Assembly (NCBI GenBank): GCA_964016885.1
Contig: OZ024742.1
Coordinates: forward strand, 204,290,001 to 204,354,000
DNA from: Eledone cirrhosa
Taxonomy: Eukaryota
DNA: 64,000 bases
Direction of reading: 5' to 3'
Made by a program: the position numbers and the translations under genes
The notes under the pieces: generated by a model
What the model saw: only the letters and a program-made list of their open reading frames with translations
Told to the model about the DNA's origin: nothing
Database searches by the model: none
In this document: piece after piece, positions 31,913-46,269 of the stretch
Position numbering within the stretch: position 1 is the first letter of the stretch
Layout: every line of letters begins with the position of its first letter

Positions 31913-31949
31913 TATATATATTATATATATAATATATACATATATATAT

Positions 31950-32040
<91 letters not shown>

Positions 32041-33821
32041 ATATATATATATAATATATATTAAAATACAAATATTAATAAAATAGATGTTCTTTTGATC
32101 AATTAAATTGTATTATACATATTTCAGAGGTACAACAGTACGTCCTCATCAGACAAAATATAATGATACATGACATACCCTGAGATGTTAAATGGTTAAG
32201 ATTTAATTAAGGTATTGATTAACCTAAGAGAAAACTCAACATTTATACCCTAATAATGAGAAAATGCGAAAACGTAATAAATTCAATAGAGGATGTATGA
32301 GTAAGAAAAACGTTGCTTAATGTGACAGCTATAGAGATTTTAAAATGTGGGATACTACAAGTTATGGTTATCTAGGAAAACGTCTCTTGAATTATAACTG
32401 TTTAAGAAGGCCACTGATAGAATATTTAAAGAGAGGGAGAGATAAAGGTGAGTAATATATGCAGAAAAAAAAAATGTTTTTCCTTAAAGGCTAAACGGTT
32501 TAGTTTCAAAATATTTAATTTATGTTATTTTAAGGGTGAAGAATCAAAATTTTAGGTTTTTTTTAAAGTTGATGGTTATTTATATTTATTAATTTTATAA
32601 ATTCTATAAATGTGTTAACATTTCTAAACTTCTGAATTTAAAGGATTTACCTGGCCAGCGAAAGGAAAATTTACACTGTTGAATATTTTCCTAAATGTAA
32701 TCTTTAATGAAAATTACCTATAAGAATGTCAACATTTTCGGTATGTAAAGCTTATGAAGTACTTATTGTTAGAAATATCTAAAAATTAATTGTCAATTAG
32801 TTAGTGTAATGATTAACGCAGAGTTTTCAGCAACTTATATATATGTGTGTGGAATTATGGTAATAAATTAATATTTGTTATATTATATTAAATCTCTATA
32901 TAAGTTCTACTTTCATGATAAGAATAATAAATATGCTATTGTACAAATATCTATATTTGCACAAACTATATATTTGTACAAACTATATATAGCGTTAAAC
33001 CAAAACGGTAATTATGTTATTATACACTATAGATATATCTGCAAAAAAACCAAAAGCTGAGATATACGTAACTAATTATAAGATTATGTTATTATACAGA
33101 TACACTTATTTGCAAAAATAAAAAGTAGGTATAGAGAGATATACTAAATATTAATGAGCCAGTATAATTTAGGTAAATGATAACCAATATAAAATAATAG
33201 ATTCAAACATGCTAAAGTTAAATAGATACATATATGTAAAAGAGTGTAAAGGCATGAATTATTCACAGTTCAAAATAAATAATCTAAAAATTAAAAAATT
33301 ATCTAAAAATTAGGTATAGAGTGATATACTAAGTATTACTGATACAGTATACTTTTGGTAAATGATAACGATTATAATCTTATATAATAGATTTCAACGT
33401 GCTAAAGTTAAATACATACATATATATAAAAAAAAATGTAAACTCATGATTCACAGTTCAAAATAAGGTCCGTAAAAATTTACAGGTTGGATATTTGCAC
33501 TATATTTAAATCATGGATAGAAAAATATAAAGGAAGGTATATTTAAAAACTTACAAAAGATAAGTACATACATATTATAAATTAAAAAGTGTAAACACAT
33601 GAATGATTCACAGTTAAAAATAAGTTCCGTAAAAATTTACAGGTTGGATATTTAAACTAAAATTAAAACTTATATAGGAAAATAAAGATAGAGAAATAAT
33701 GGTATGGATCAAAGTTAATAATATTATGTTATGTATATCAACGTGTCAGCGTGTTATTGAACAAGTGTCATTCATTCGAGCGTTATTCCTTCTATAGATA
33801 GTTATAAGATAAGGTAATATT

Positions 33822-33931
33822 GTTTCTACTTTGGGCACAAGGCCAGCAATTACCCAGTGCATTACTGGTACTTTATTTTATCGACCCCGTAAATATGAAA
33901 GGCAAAGTTAACCTCAGCGGGATTTGACCTC
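33822..33931 (-). mobile_element. 5'-truncated SINE family 1 with 15-bp TSD
   Basis: AGATAAGGTAATATT at 33807-33821 and 33932-33946. Confidence 0.85.
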
Positions 33932-33997
33932 AGATAAGGTAATATTAAAGGCCATTAAGGTTTTCACCTGTTGATTATATACGTCTAAAAACCAAGT

Positions 33998-36247
33998 TTA
34001 ATGGCTGAGTGTCTTTTTCTCTTTTTTTCTGGTCTTATGGGAGGCTAGGAATGTAGATGTAGCTTTATGAAGGCAATTAGAGAATAATTCACTTTTTTCT
34101 TGTTAATTAGGGTCTCATAGTTATTAATAATCAACAGGGTCTCCATTGTACAGAGCGCGCAGTTATTTGATATACTTGAGTTGCGGTAAACTCCACAATT
34201 CCGAAGTTTCCTCCAAAGAATGGAGTATTTTAAATTCCTCTCTTTTAATGACCATATGAGCTGTGATAAAGAAGTGGATGATTTCCTCTTGGAGTTCGAG
34301 AACGAGCATTTATGGTTCGCAAATCTGGCTTTAAATGTAGAAGTCGATCCTATGTAGTTCTATGTGTTGTGATTAGTTTTTACGGTGCATTTATAGACCA
34401 AATTACTATCTAGACAATTATTTTGCAGAGGGCTGTCAGTTTTATTTCTACAATTACATTTTGGTTTAGTATCATTTATGTTAACGCTATTATTAATATC
34501 ATTATGCTGGTTTTGTTTTAGAATTTTAGTGTTTAATTTGGCAATGTTTTGGGCCATGTTCATAGTTGTAGAATATGAGAATTTAATGGTATGTCTATTA
34601 AAAATGGAATGGTATTTATGTTGAGTAGGGAAAGAGGTGTCCAAAGCATTAAAGAATCATTTTGCAATTGGTGTTCTAACTGCGACCGAAGCAGGGGGGG
34701 GGGGGGGGGCGAAACATGACTGATTTAGTTCTACTTCTTTTACTAAATTTGTTTGGCGTATGGGTGTTTGAATTATAAATATTAGAGTTTCGTTTATATA
34801 TGTTATTATTTTTATCAGGATTAAGACTTGGATTATTATTATCTACATATTCTATATTATTCACATATCCTGCTCTTTTTAACGCGTTGTTGTAGTATTC
34901 AGCATTTTCGTCAAATATAGCTTTATTGGCTGATATTTTATTAATTCGTTTTTGCACACTATTTACTATAGCTTTTTTTTACAGATTTAGGGTGATTGGA
35001 ATGGTTACTAACATAGTTTAAGTTTTCATTGGGCTTATGAAAAGGGTAATAAAAGCCAGTGTTTAAGTTAAACGTAACGTCTAGGAAATTAACTATTTTG
35101 GTACCATTTTCTACTTCTAACTTAAGGTCATACATTTTAAAGAATTCTATTATACTTTTCTTTACTCTATTTAGTTCTATATTGTTGTGTTTTACCACCG
35201 TAAATAAAATGTCGTCCCTATATAAACCACCGGTAATCTCCGGCAGTTTTCTATTTATCATATTTAATATGAAAATTCCCAGAAGATCTGTGATTTGCGC
35301 ATAGTGATATCAAAGTTTCTATCTCTATCTGAGCGGGTCCAATATTCATTGTTGAAGTTAATAAGAGTTCTTCTGGCTGTTAGTATGATATCAATTTCAT
35401 CCGTGGTTATATCAGTATGTGAAAGAGCCTTATTTAGAAGGTTAGGTGTTATGGAAGAATAGTAGCTTGTTATGTCCATCTCGATGAATTTATGGTTTTT
35501 CTTATCATCTATATTCCTGTACCATTCTATGACTTCATTTTATCTTTCCACAAGCTCAAATTAGATCTCAATTTAAGAGTGGGTAATATTCTATCGATGA
35601 TGTTTTTACTGATTACTCTAATATCCGATTTGGATGGAGCAATCAATCTAACTGGCATATATTCCTCAAAGTTTCTTTTGTGATCCTTCAGGTTAATCCT
35701 CGGCTGTCTAGGTAAGAATGGCTCGGTTCTTCCTTCTATTCCAAAATTGGTAATTAATTTATAGGCATCTTCGTTAATTTCAGTAAGATCAACAGCCGGG
35801 GCTTTTTTTATAATTTTTCCTAAGTTCCTTTAAAATCAAGTTGTTATATTCATCTTTGTTTATCCCATATAAATTATTAGTTTTGTCTGATTTAACCAAT
35901 ACTTTGTAAACTATTTTTATTTCCGTGATTTTTTCTTTTAGAGTTCTAAGGTATTGGTGACCTATATATGGGTTTTTCCTAAATTTAATTTTTTTAATTA
36001 TACCGAGCATTTCTGTTTCAAAATCCTCCAGAAGTTTGTTGTATGGAGGATTCTTTCTTGATTTAAATAAAGATTCAAAATTATTGTTGTTGGTTTTTCT
36101 TTCAGCATATTTATTTTCGAAATGAAATGCTCGCCATATCAATCTTCTAATAAAAGAGTTTGTCTGTTCAATAGATTTCCTCATGTATTCTTCATTTGAA
36201 GGTATGGGTATATCTTTGAGGGAAGTCGGGAAGTTTAAGAAATCCAT
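33998..36247 (-). pseudogene. PLE polyprotein (RT + GIY-YIG endonuclease), multiply frameshifted
   Basis: SLKDIPIPS, KSDKTNN, DITSYYSSI, GGLYRDD, NFLDVTFNL, YPFHKPN, SNHP, CNCRNKTDSPLQNNC, VYKC..YIGST, KKSELFSNCLHK. Confidence 0.88.
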
Positions 36248-36324
36248 ATTTATTGAATATGCAATCTATTGTATAGAAAAACGCTCTTCCTTTATTTTTG
36301 CAAATAAGTGTATCTGTATAATAA

Positions 36325-36410
36325 CTGTTTCTACTTTAGGCACAAGGCCAGCAATTACACAGTACATTACTGGTACTTTATTTTATCGACCCCGTAAGGA
36401 TGAAAGGCAA
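36325..36410 (-). mobile_element. 5'-truncated SINE family 1 with ~19-bp TSD
   Basis: AAGTGTAT(C/G)TGTATAATAAC on both sides. Confidence 0.8.
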
Positions 36411-37389
36411 AGTGTATGTGTATAATAACATAATCTTATTATTAGTTACGTATATCTCGGTTTTTTTTACATATTTATCTATAGTGTATTTATATATTAT
36501 GTATAACATAATTACCGTTTTGGTTTAACGCTATATATAGTTTGTACAAATATATAGTTTGTGCAAATATAGATATATGTACAATAGCATATTTATTATT
36601 CCTATCATGAAAGTAGAACTTATATAGAGATTTAATATAATATAACAAATATTAATATATTACCATAATTCCACACACACATATATATATATATATAAGT
36701 TGCTGAAAACTCTGCGTTAATCATTACACTAACTACTTGACAATTAATTTTTAGATATTTCTAACAATAAGTACTTCATAAGCATTACATACCGAAAATG
36801 TTGACATTCTTATAGGTAATTATCGTTAAAGATTACATTTAGGAAAATATTCAACAGTGTAAATTTTCCTTTCGCTGGCCAGGTAAATCCTTTAAATTTT
36901 GTCCTCATAAAATTCAGAAGTTTAGAAATGTTAACACATTTATAGAATTTCTAAAATTAATAAATATAAATAACCATCAACTTTTAAATAAACCTAAAAT
37001 TTTGATTCTTCACCCTTAAAATAGCATAAATTAAATATTTTGAAACTTAACCGTTTAGCCTTTAAGGAAAAACATTTTTTTTTCTGCATATATTACTCAC
37101 CTTTATCTCTCCCTCTCTTTAAATCTTCTATCAGTGGCCTTCATAAACAGTTATAATTCAAGAGACGTTTTCCTAGATAACCATAACTTGTAGTATCCCA
37201 CATTTTAAAATCTCTATAGCTGTCACATTAAGCAACGTTTTTCTTACTCATACATCCTCTATTGAATTTATTACGTTTTCGCATTTTCTCATTATTAGGG
37301 TATAAATGTTGAGTTTTCTCTCAGGTTAATCAATACCTTGATTAAATCTTAACCATTTAACATCTCAGGGTATTTCATGTATCATTATA

Positions 37390-37440
37390 TTTTGTCTGAT
37401 GAGGACGTACTGTTGTACTTCTGAAATATGTATAATACAA
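37390..37440 (+). ncRNA. Hammerhead-like motif family H in the PLE pLTR (mirror ~32108-32158 on -)
   Basis: tgt CTGATGA GGAcGTAC tgtt GTAC(c/t)TCT GAAA TATGTA TA ata; core intact but stem I is weak. Confidence 0.55.
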
Positions 37441-37588
37441 TTTAATTGATTAAAAGAACATCTATTTTATTAATATTTGTATTTTACTATTAATAACTCT
37501 GCCAAAATTTTTTTTTTTTGTAGAGTGCTTCCAATCTACTGTAAAACTCATTCTTTGATGTACTCATTGAATCTTGTTTAACTCTTTA

Positions 37589-37620
<32 letters not shown>

Positions 37621-37640
37621 TATATGTATATAAAATATAT

Positions 37641-37734
<94 letters not shown>

Positions 37735-37881
37735 ATATATATATAATATATATATAATATATATATATATAATATATATATGATATATATATAATATATA
37801 TATATAATATATATATATATATAATATAAATTAATAAAATAATGAATAAACAAAGAAACAGTTCCTTATATTAAAACAATT

Positions 37882-38021
37882 CATCATTTTACGATCGTTT
37901 CTAGGATATATATGTGTTAGAGTTGGTGTGCATATTCTATAGATCTATGTACAATATTTATACAAACTATCAGAGGGAATATACATACCTACACGTATAT
38001 ATGCTGTCTTCAGAAATAATG
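37882..38021 (-). ncRNA. Type I hammerhead ribozyme with 105-nt stem II domain, family G
   Basis: Reverse complement: CATTATTT CTGAAGA [105 nt] GAAA CGATCG TA AAATGATG; 8-bp stem I; downstream of, and on the same strand as, the PLE ORF at 39252. Confidence 0.72.
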
Positions 38022-38699
38022 ATATTTGTTTATTGAAAGGAACAAAGATTCAATACAATAGGTCTGTTTGGGAACAGGTTTTGAATTGACCAATAGAGAG
38101 ATAGTGAGGGTCAGGATAGTAATATAGTAGTAGAAGAACCTTAAATTATGGGTAGAGGAAGGTAGATTTCAGTTTTGGATGGAAAAGAATATTATGAATG
38201 AAGGATTATTTTAGGGAAGAAATAGGTCTTATGCTGACCTCAGAAATAATTTTATTTTTTCATTGAATTAAAACCAACAAAGATCTAATATATTCTGTCT
38301 GTTTGGTAAGAGGTTTAGAATTAACCAATAGAAAGTTAATAATTGGCCAAATGGTAAAATAGTAGTAATTGAAGCTTATTTTAGGGGTGAAAATAGGTCA
38401 GGTGGTGAGTAAAAGGAATACAAGCAGTTGCTGTTATAAAATAGTAATGTCAATACAAATATCTAAGGTGACTAAAGTTTTAAGATAAGAATGTTAGTGA
38501 AAAAAATACATCTATGAAAAGGATATAAAATTAATTTAATTGATGGGTATATTTATATTGATAAAATTATACTAATACATATAGATATGATAAATAAGAG
38601 TTAGATGCAGTTGAAAAGTGGTGTTAAAGATGAGGGGAAATTAAAAGAATATAAAAATAATATATATATATATATGTACCTATATATATATATACACAT

Positions 38700-38772
<73 letters not shown>

Positions 38773-38781
38773 TATACACAT

Positions 38782-38827
<46 letters not shown>

Positions 38828-38885
38828 TTATATACATACATATATATACACATACACACACACATACACACATATACATATATAT

Positions 38886-38942
<57 letters not shown>

Positions 38943-39251
38943 GATATATACATGCATATATACATACATACACATACATATACACACACATATACACTTA
39001 TATATACATATAATTATTGGGGGGGGGGTATTAAATTTATTAGTGAGAAATAGTAAATATATATAGTTTTCAAGGAACATAGAGTCATAACCTGAAGTTA
39101 AAGCATTATATATGTTTACTTAATGATATCAGTTTTAGGAAATGATATTTGTAAGAAGGAAAGCAGAATTATGTAGTTCATCAGTAGTAGAATATTAATT
39201 ATAGGTTAACTAAATTAAAAATAATATATAAATTAATTTCTAAAGTGTATA

Positions 39252-40340
39252 TTAATTAGGTTTATAATATTTAAAGGGTTTTCTCAGTTTATGATTACAC
39301 GATATTATTAATTCCTGTCGCTTATTTAATAGGATATCCTTAGATTTCATTATTTCAAAAAGTTCTTGGGAACATAATTTACATTCATTTCTACTATTTT
39401 GATAAGGGGTGGCCCTTTTGAGCACACTCCAGGTCAGGTCATATTCTATATTCCTCTTTCTATAACTATTTATTATTTCAGCCAAGGATGTTGTATTAGC
39501 TAGTGCGGCATTTTTAAAACTATGTTTGTGGGTATTAAATCTTACCTTAAATTTGTTAGAGGTAGCTCCTATATATGAATAAGTTGAGTCCTTAGTGTTA
39601 ACTTTACATTTATATACTATGTTATTAACAAGGCAATTTCCTTTTAATGGACAGTTTGCCTTGTTTCTACAGTTACAACTTTTCGTGAATCCTGTATCTG
39701 AGGAGATATTATGGTTAGTTTGATGTACTGGTGGTATCCTCATGGTTTTTTTTACATTTATATGCATTATAGGCACTTATATTTTGTTTTATGTTTTTGG
39801 TTGTTGAGTAGGAGAATTTAACCGTTGATCTATTTAAGATTTGATGGTATTTGTTGTTTGGCGGGAAGTTTTTCTCTGGGATATTAAAGAATTTTTTAGG
39901 TATATTATCCTTAATTTGTAAATTAAATGGAGCATTGTACCAAGTAATTCGTCTATTACGGTTTCGATGTTGTTTATTGATTTTATAGGATGCATCCTGA
40001 TGTTTATTAAGAGAATTATTGTTAATGACCTCACCACACACACTTTTAGTTAGATTTATTGATTTAGGTGTTTTAGCTTGTTTATTAGGTGTTTTATTAT
40101 TAACATTTATTAGAGTTGTAGGATGAGTAGTTTTTTGAGAGTTACTATACTGTATGTTAGAAGAGTTAGAGAAATTTGGTTTTATGTTGGTGTTTTGGGG
40201 TATAGTGTGAGTGGCATTTAGGTGTGTATGCTTCATTTGGTGTTTGTTGGTAATATTAGGTTGTATGTTTGTAGTGTTATTAGTAGAAGGTATATATACT
40301 AATCTATTTTTGTGGCCACTTCTAGCTAGAGCTTCGTTAT
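39252..40340 (-). pseudogene. Naiad-like PLE 3' fragment (linker + GIY-YIG)
   Basis: ITWYNAPFN, KFSYSTT, CNCRNKANCPLKGNC, VYKC..YIGAT..FKVRFNTHKHSF, CKLCSQE, LNKRQEL. Confidence 0.88.
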
Positions 40341-40351
40341 AATATATATAT

Positions 40352-40382
<31 letters not shown>

Positions 40383-40442
40383 ATATATATATATAATATA
40401 TATATAATATATATATATAATATATATATATTATATATATAT

Positions 40443-40625
40443 AGGTGGATTGCCAGTATCGGTAGAGGGTCGGACGCCATGCTTTCCAGCATAGTTACGT
40501 CCCTTTACGATCTGAGTTCAAATCCCGCGGAGGTTGACTTTGCCATTCATCCTTACGGGATCGATAAAATAAAGTACCAGTAATGAACTGGGTAATTGCT
40601 GGCCTTGTGCCTAAAGTAGAAACAA
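40443..40625 (+). mobile_element. SINE family 1, full-length
   Basis: Matches the family consensus; lies in (TA)n. Confidence 0.85.
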
Positions 40626-40802
40626 ATATATATATATTATATATATATAAAATATATATAATATATATATAATATATATATATTATATATATATAATATA
40701 TATATATAATATATATAATATATATATAATATATATATATATATAATATATATATATATATAATATATATATATATATATAATGTATATATATATATATA
40801 TA

Positions 40803-40874
<72 letters not shown>

Positions 40875-40920
40875 CATATATATAAATAAGATCAAAAGAT
40901 GTTTAAAAGAGTTCCATGTA

Positions 40921-40987
40921 TTTTGTTATGCGCATTTCAAAAACAAATATCATCATGAGATGACATCTGCGTTTTCGTCAGATAAAA
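40921..40987 (-). ncRNA. Type I hammerhead ribozyme, family I
   Basis: Reverse complement: TTTTAT CTGACGA AAACGCAGATGTCA..TGATATTTGTTTTT GAAA TGCGCA TA ACAAAA. Confidence 0.7.
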
Positions 40988-41843
40988 TAGGGAGACATGA
41001 TATGAAGGTTAAAAAACACTTGTGAATAGTGCAGTTTTAAATCAACATATGAAAAGTAATTTAAGATTGATGTTTGATACTGGGGAAAAAAATGAGTGGG
41101 GGGTGGTGGAAAGGATGAAAAAGAGTAGGAGATGAGAGTAAAGAATGGTGGTGGACGAGTATAATAAGGAAGGACGAGATAGGAGGAGAGCTGGGTGATA
41201 GAAAGAGAGATATAGCCTTTATAACAGAGAAAAATATATTGTTTCACAGAGAGATGTTAAAAAGCCGTTGGAAGATAATATATATATTAAAAGAAATTGA
41301 AAATTGATGAAGAGAAAAAAATTAATGAAGAGAGAAAAAGAAATTAAGAATAATGTTAAATTAGGGTTTGTATATTGAATGGTTTAATAGGTGCGATGAA
41401 AAGAAATTGTTAATATGTATTATGAACATAAAAATATTAATGTTATTAAGGATATAATGTGAAAAGAAGTAGAAGAGTGGATGAATTATGAATTTAGAGG
41501 AATTAGTTAGTGTTTAAGTTTGTTTTTATTAGTTAGTGTTTAAGTTTGATTACAAATGAGCGCAGAAAGCAAAGAAGAAAATAGTGTTTAAGGAAGAGAA
41601 GACTCTAACATCAAAATATATATGTTTATGAAGTATTTCCTAATGGTAATAATATAATGTAATAAAGGAGATTAATTAGGGTTTAAGTTTGTTTTTATGT
41701 ATTGTGATATGTAATATGTAAAAGTTAGACGAGCATGAGAGGGAGAAAAAAATATATATAATGAACTGAGGAGGAATAATCTAACGATATCTGCATTGCT
41801 TTATTGTACTACAATAAAACTCACCTCCTACATTAATATAGAT

Positions 41844-41877
<34 letters not shown>

Positions 41878-41958
41878 ATATATATAATATATATAATTTA
41901 TATTTATATATAATAAATATATATATATATAATATATATATATATATTTATATATAAT

Positions 41959-41990
<32 letters not shown>

Positions 41991-42009
41991 GATAAATATA
42001 TATATATAT

Positions 42010-42187
42010 AATTGTTTCTACTTTAGGCACAAGGCCAGCAATTACCAGTGCATTACTGGTACATTATTTAATCGACCCCGTAAGGATGAAAGGCAAAGTC
42101 AACATCGGCGGGATTTGAACTCAGATCGTAAAGGGACGTAACTATGCTGGAAAGCATGGCGTCCGACCCTCTACCGATACTGCCAAT
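42010..42187 (-). mobile_element. SINE family 1
   Basis: Matches the family consensus. Confidence 0.85.
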
Positions 42188-42608
42188 ACATAGCCCTATA
42201 TATATATATACACCTTTATATATATATAATATATATATATATTATATATATTTATTTATATATATAGATATATAATATATATATCTTATATATATATATA
42301 TATTATATATATTATATATATAATATAATATAATATATAGATATATAATATATATATATATAATATATATATATAATATATATATATATATTATATATAT
42401 ATATATATTATATATATATATATTATATATATATATATTATATATATTATATATATTATATATATTATATCAATTATATATATATATATATATTATATAA
42501 ATTATATATATATATATATTATATATATATATATATATTATATATATATATATATATTATATTATATATATTATATATTTTATATAAATTATAAATATAT
42601 ATTATAAA

Positions 42609-42731
<123 letters not shown>

Positions 42732-42979
42732 TGTATATATATATTATATGAATTATAGTATATACTGATTTTTTCGTTTTTTTATACTATCCACACTCTG
42801 CTCTGTATGAATATTGAGTGCTTATATATAATATATATGTATATTATATATATAATATATATATATATGTATATATCTATAATATATATATATATGTATA
42901 TTATATATATAATATATATATATGTATATATCTATAATATATATATATATGTATATATAAATATATGTATATATAATAT

Positions 42980-43029
<50 letters not shown>

Positions 43030-43469
43030 ATATGTATATATAAATATATATATATATAATATATATATATATATAATATATATATATATATAATATATAT
43101 ATAATATATATTTATAATATATATATATATAATATTTATATATATGTATATATAAATATATATATATGTAATATATATATATATAACATATATATATATA
43201 TGTATATATAAATATATATATAATATATATATATAATATATATGTATATATAAATATATATATATATATAATATATATATATAATATATATATATATATA
43301 TAATATATATATGTGTGTATATATAAATATATATATATAATATATATATATATATATAATTTATATATATGAATATATAAATATATATATATACAATATA
43401 TATATATAATATATATATATGTATATATATATATATAATATATATATATATATATGTATATATAAATAC

Positions 43470-43553
<84 letters not shown>

Positions 43554-43611
43554 AGTTGAAAAAAAAAAATGAAAACGAAATTTCATTTCTCACTCTTAGT
43601 ATGGCACTTAC

Positions 43612-44258
<647 letters not shown>

Positions 44259-44285
44259 TATATATTTATTAAAATAACAGATTAA

Positions 44286-44336
44286 AGTTTAAGCAAAGAA
44301 TCGCTGCTTTCACCCTTAACGGGATCTTCTGAAACT
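44286..44336 (-). ncRNA. Hammerhead-like motif family K with CAGAAGA core (also 52592-52641 on +, ~60106-60156 on -)
   Basis: Reverse complement: AGTTT CAGAAGA t CCC gttaa GGG t GAAA GCA gcgattctt TGC TT AAACT; lies downstream of the PLE ORF at 45270. Confidence 0.6.
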
Positions 44337-45269
44337 AACAAAGTCAATCTGAAAACGCAGACGTGGATATTTCAAAAAACGTTGCAACCGGAGGAAGACA
44401 GGAAGACGATAATTTGGTTCGTGGAAAGGTTCGCTGGCAAAGAACTGGAAAAAAGGAATATTATACGTCATTAATAGGAGCGGTGAAAAACAATTACGCG
44501 CAAAGACAGAACCACGTTTATGGTATAAAAGAGGTCGTAGACCAATGTTCTCTTAGGTGGTTCATAGAGACGTTCTCTGGCAATGAACGAAAAAAACGAA
44601 GATAAAACGTCATATGTGGAGCGTGGAGAACAATAGCACGCAAAGACAAAACCACGTAAATGGTATAGCAGAAGTCGTAGACTAAAATTCTAACCAGGAG
44701 GCCGAATGAATCTCCGCTACAGAGTTAAGAAGAAAGTAAATAAATACAATACAGAAGTAATAGAAATAAATAAATACATACACGTAAACAAAATCGTACA
44801 TACACAAGCATATGCAGAACACTTACCATCGGTATACAAAACCACGCACATATAAATATGTGTGTGTATGCGTGTATACAAATAAATAAATAATCATATA
44901 AACGTATATAAATAAATAAATAAATAAGTATATAACAAGCGCACACACATACCTACATGTAAATACACGAATGTTCGGAGACGTAAGTCAACCAAAACAT
45001 GAAGAACACATATACACACTCTACATACGTACGAACCTGCATACTCACACAGACGCAAAGCTCCCGTATACACATAGCCAAACCATATGTACCAGAATAT
45101 ATAAAATTATACGCCATAACATAAACAATCAAATATACGTACGAGAAGGTATACGTACCTTCACAAAACATACGGGTAATATATACTTACCTATGCAAAT
45201 AAGTAATGGTATAAACAAAACATACTTAGCTCCCACATCAAGACGTAAAATATCCACGTATAAATCGTA

Positions 45270-45812
45270 CTATCCGTTAGGGTATAACATGGGGCTGTAA
45301 TACAGGAAAGTTTTGTGCAATTTATGTTTACAAGCCGAAATTGCCTCAGATTTTTCGTTTAAGATGCGGTCTGTGGCGTAGAGTATTTCCAGGGCCTCAG
45401 TGGCGCAGAGGTCACATGGTCTTTTATTTCTGTTATACGATCTAGCCCTAGCTAGGATCTCCCAGTGTAACTTATATTGGGTGTGGTTGTCTTTTAGACT
45501 CCAGATATAAGCTGAAAGTGACGTCATTTTCCTTCTTAGAGGGTAACGAAAAGAATGGGTATGCATGTAAAGACGCTGCTTGAATCTATTGGCGGTTAAC
45601 CCTATGTAGGCCCTACGAGACGTGGGTGTTACAACCTTACATTGGTAGACAATGTTACTAGAGAGGCATTTCCCGGATATGGGGCAATCAACCCGATTCC
45701 TACAATTACAGTTAGTACTAACTACAGGGTTGCACGTGTTCCTACGGCTAGGTAGTTTAGCTAAATTTGAAGCTGTGATGTTATGTGCAAGTTAGGAGTC
45801 GTAGAGTAAGAA
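45270..45812 (-). pseudogene. Naiad-like PLE 3' fragment (GIY-YIG)
   Basis: CNCRNRVDCPISGKC, VYQC..YIGLT, TSLSAYIWSLKD, CDLCATE, LNEKSEAISACKHK. Confidence 0.88.
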
Positions 45813-45817
45813 ATTAT

Positions 45818-45953
<136 letters not shown>

Positions 45954-46105
45954 TATATAATATATATATATATAATATATATATATATATAATATATATA
46001 TAAATATATAATATATATATATATATAATATATATATATAATATGTATATATATAATATATATATATATATAATATATATATATATGTATATATATAATA
46101 TATGT

Positions 46106-46149
<44 letters not shown>

Positions 46150-46269
46150 ATAATATATATATATATATTATATATATATATAATATATATATATATAATA
46201 TATATATCATTATATATATATAATATATATATATATAATATATATATATATAATATATATATATTCTAT

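Larger units (their letters stand above)
32060..37485 (-). mobile_element. Near-complete decayed Penelope-like element (Naiad type) between ~1-kb inverted pLTRs (32060-33100 / 36420-37485)
   Basis: ORF remnants on the minus strand; flanking arms are reverse complements and each carries an HHR-like motif. Confidence 0.85.

Noticed and set aside
35789-35791. TGA after KKSPGC as a possible selenocysteine codon in the Naiad-like ORF
   Set aside because: The protein appears to continue in another frame (AVDLTEINEDAYK), so this is a frameshift lesion; no SECIS was identified
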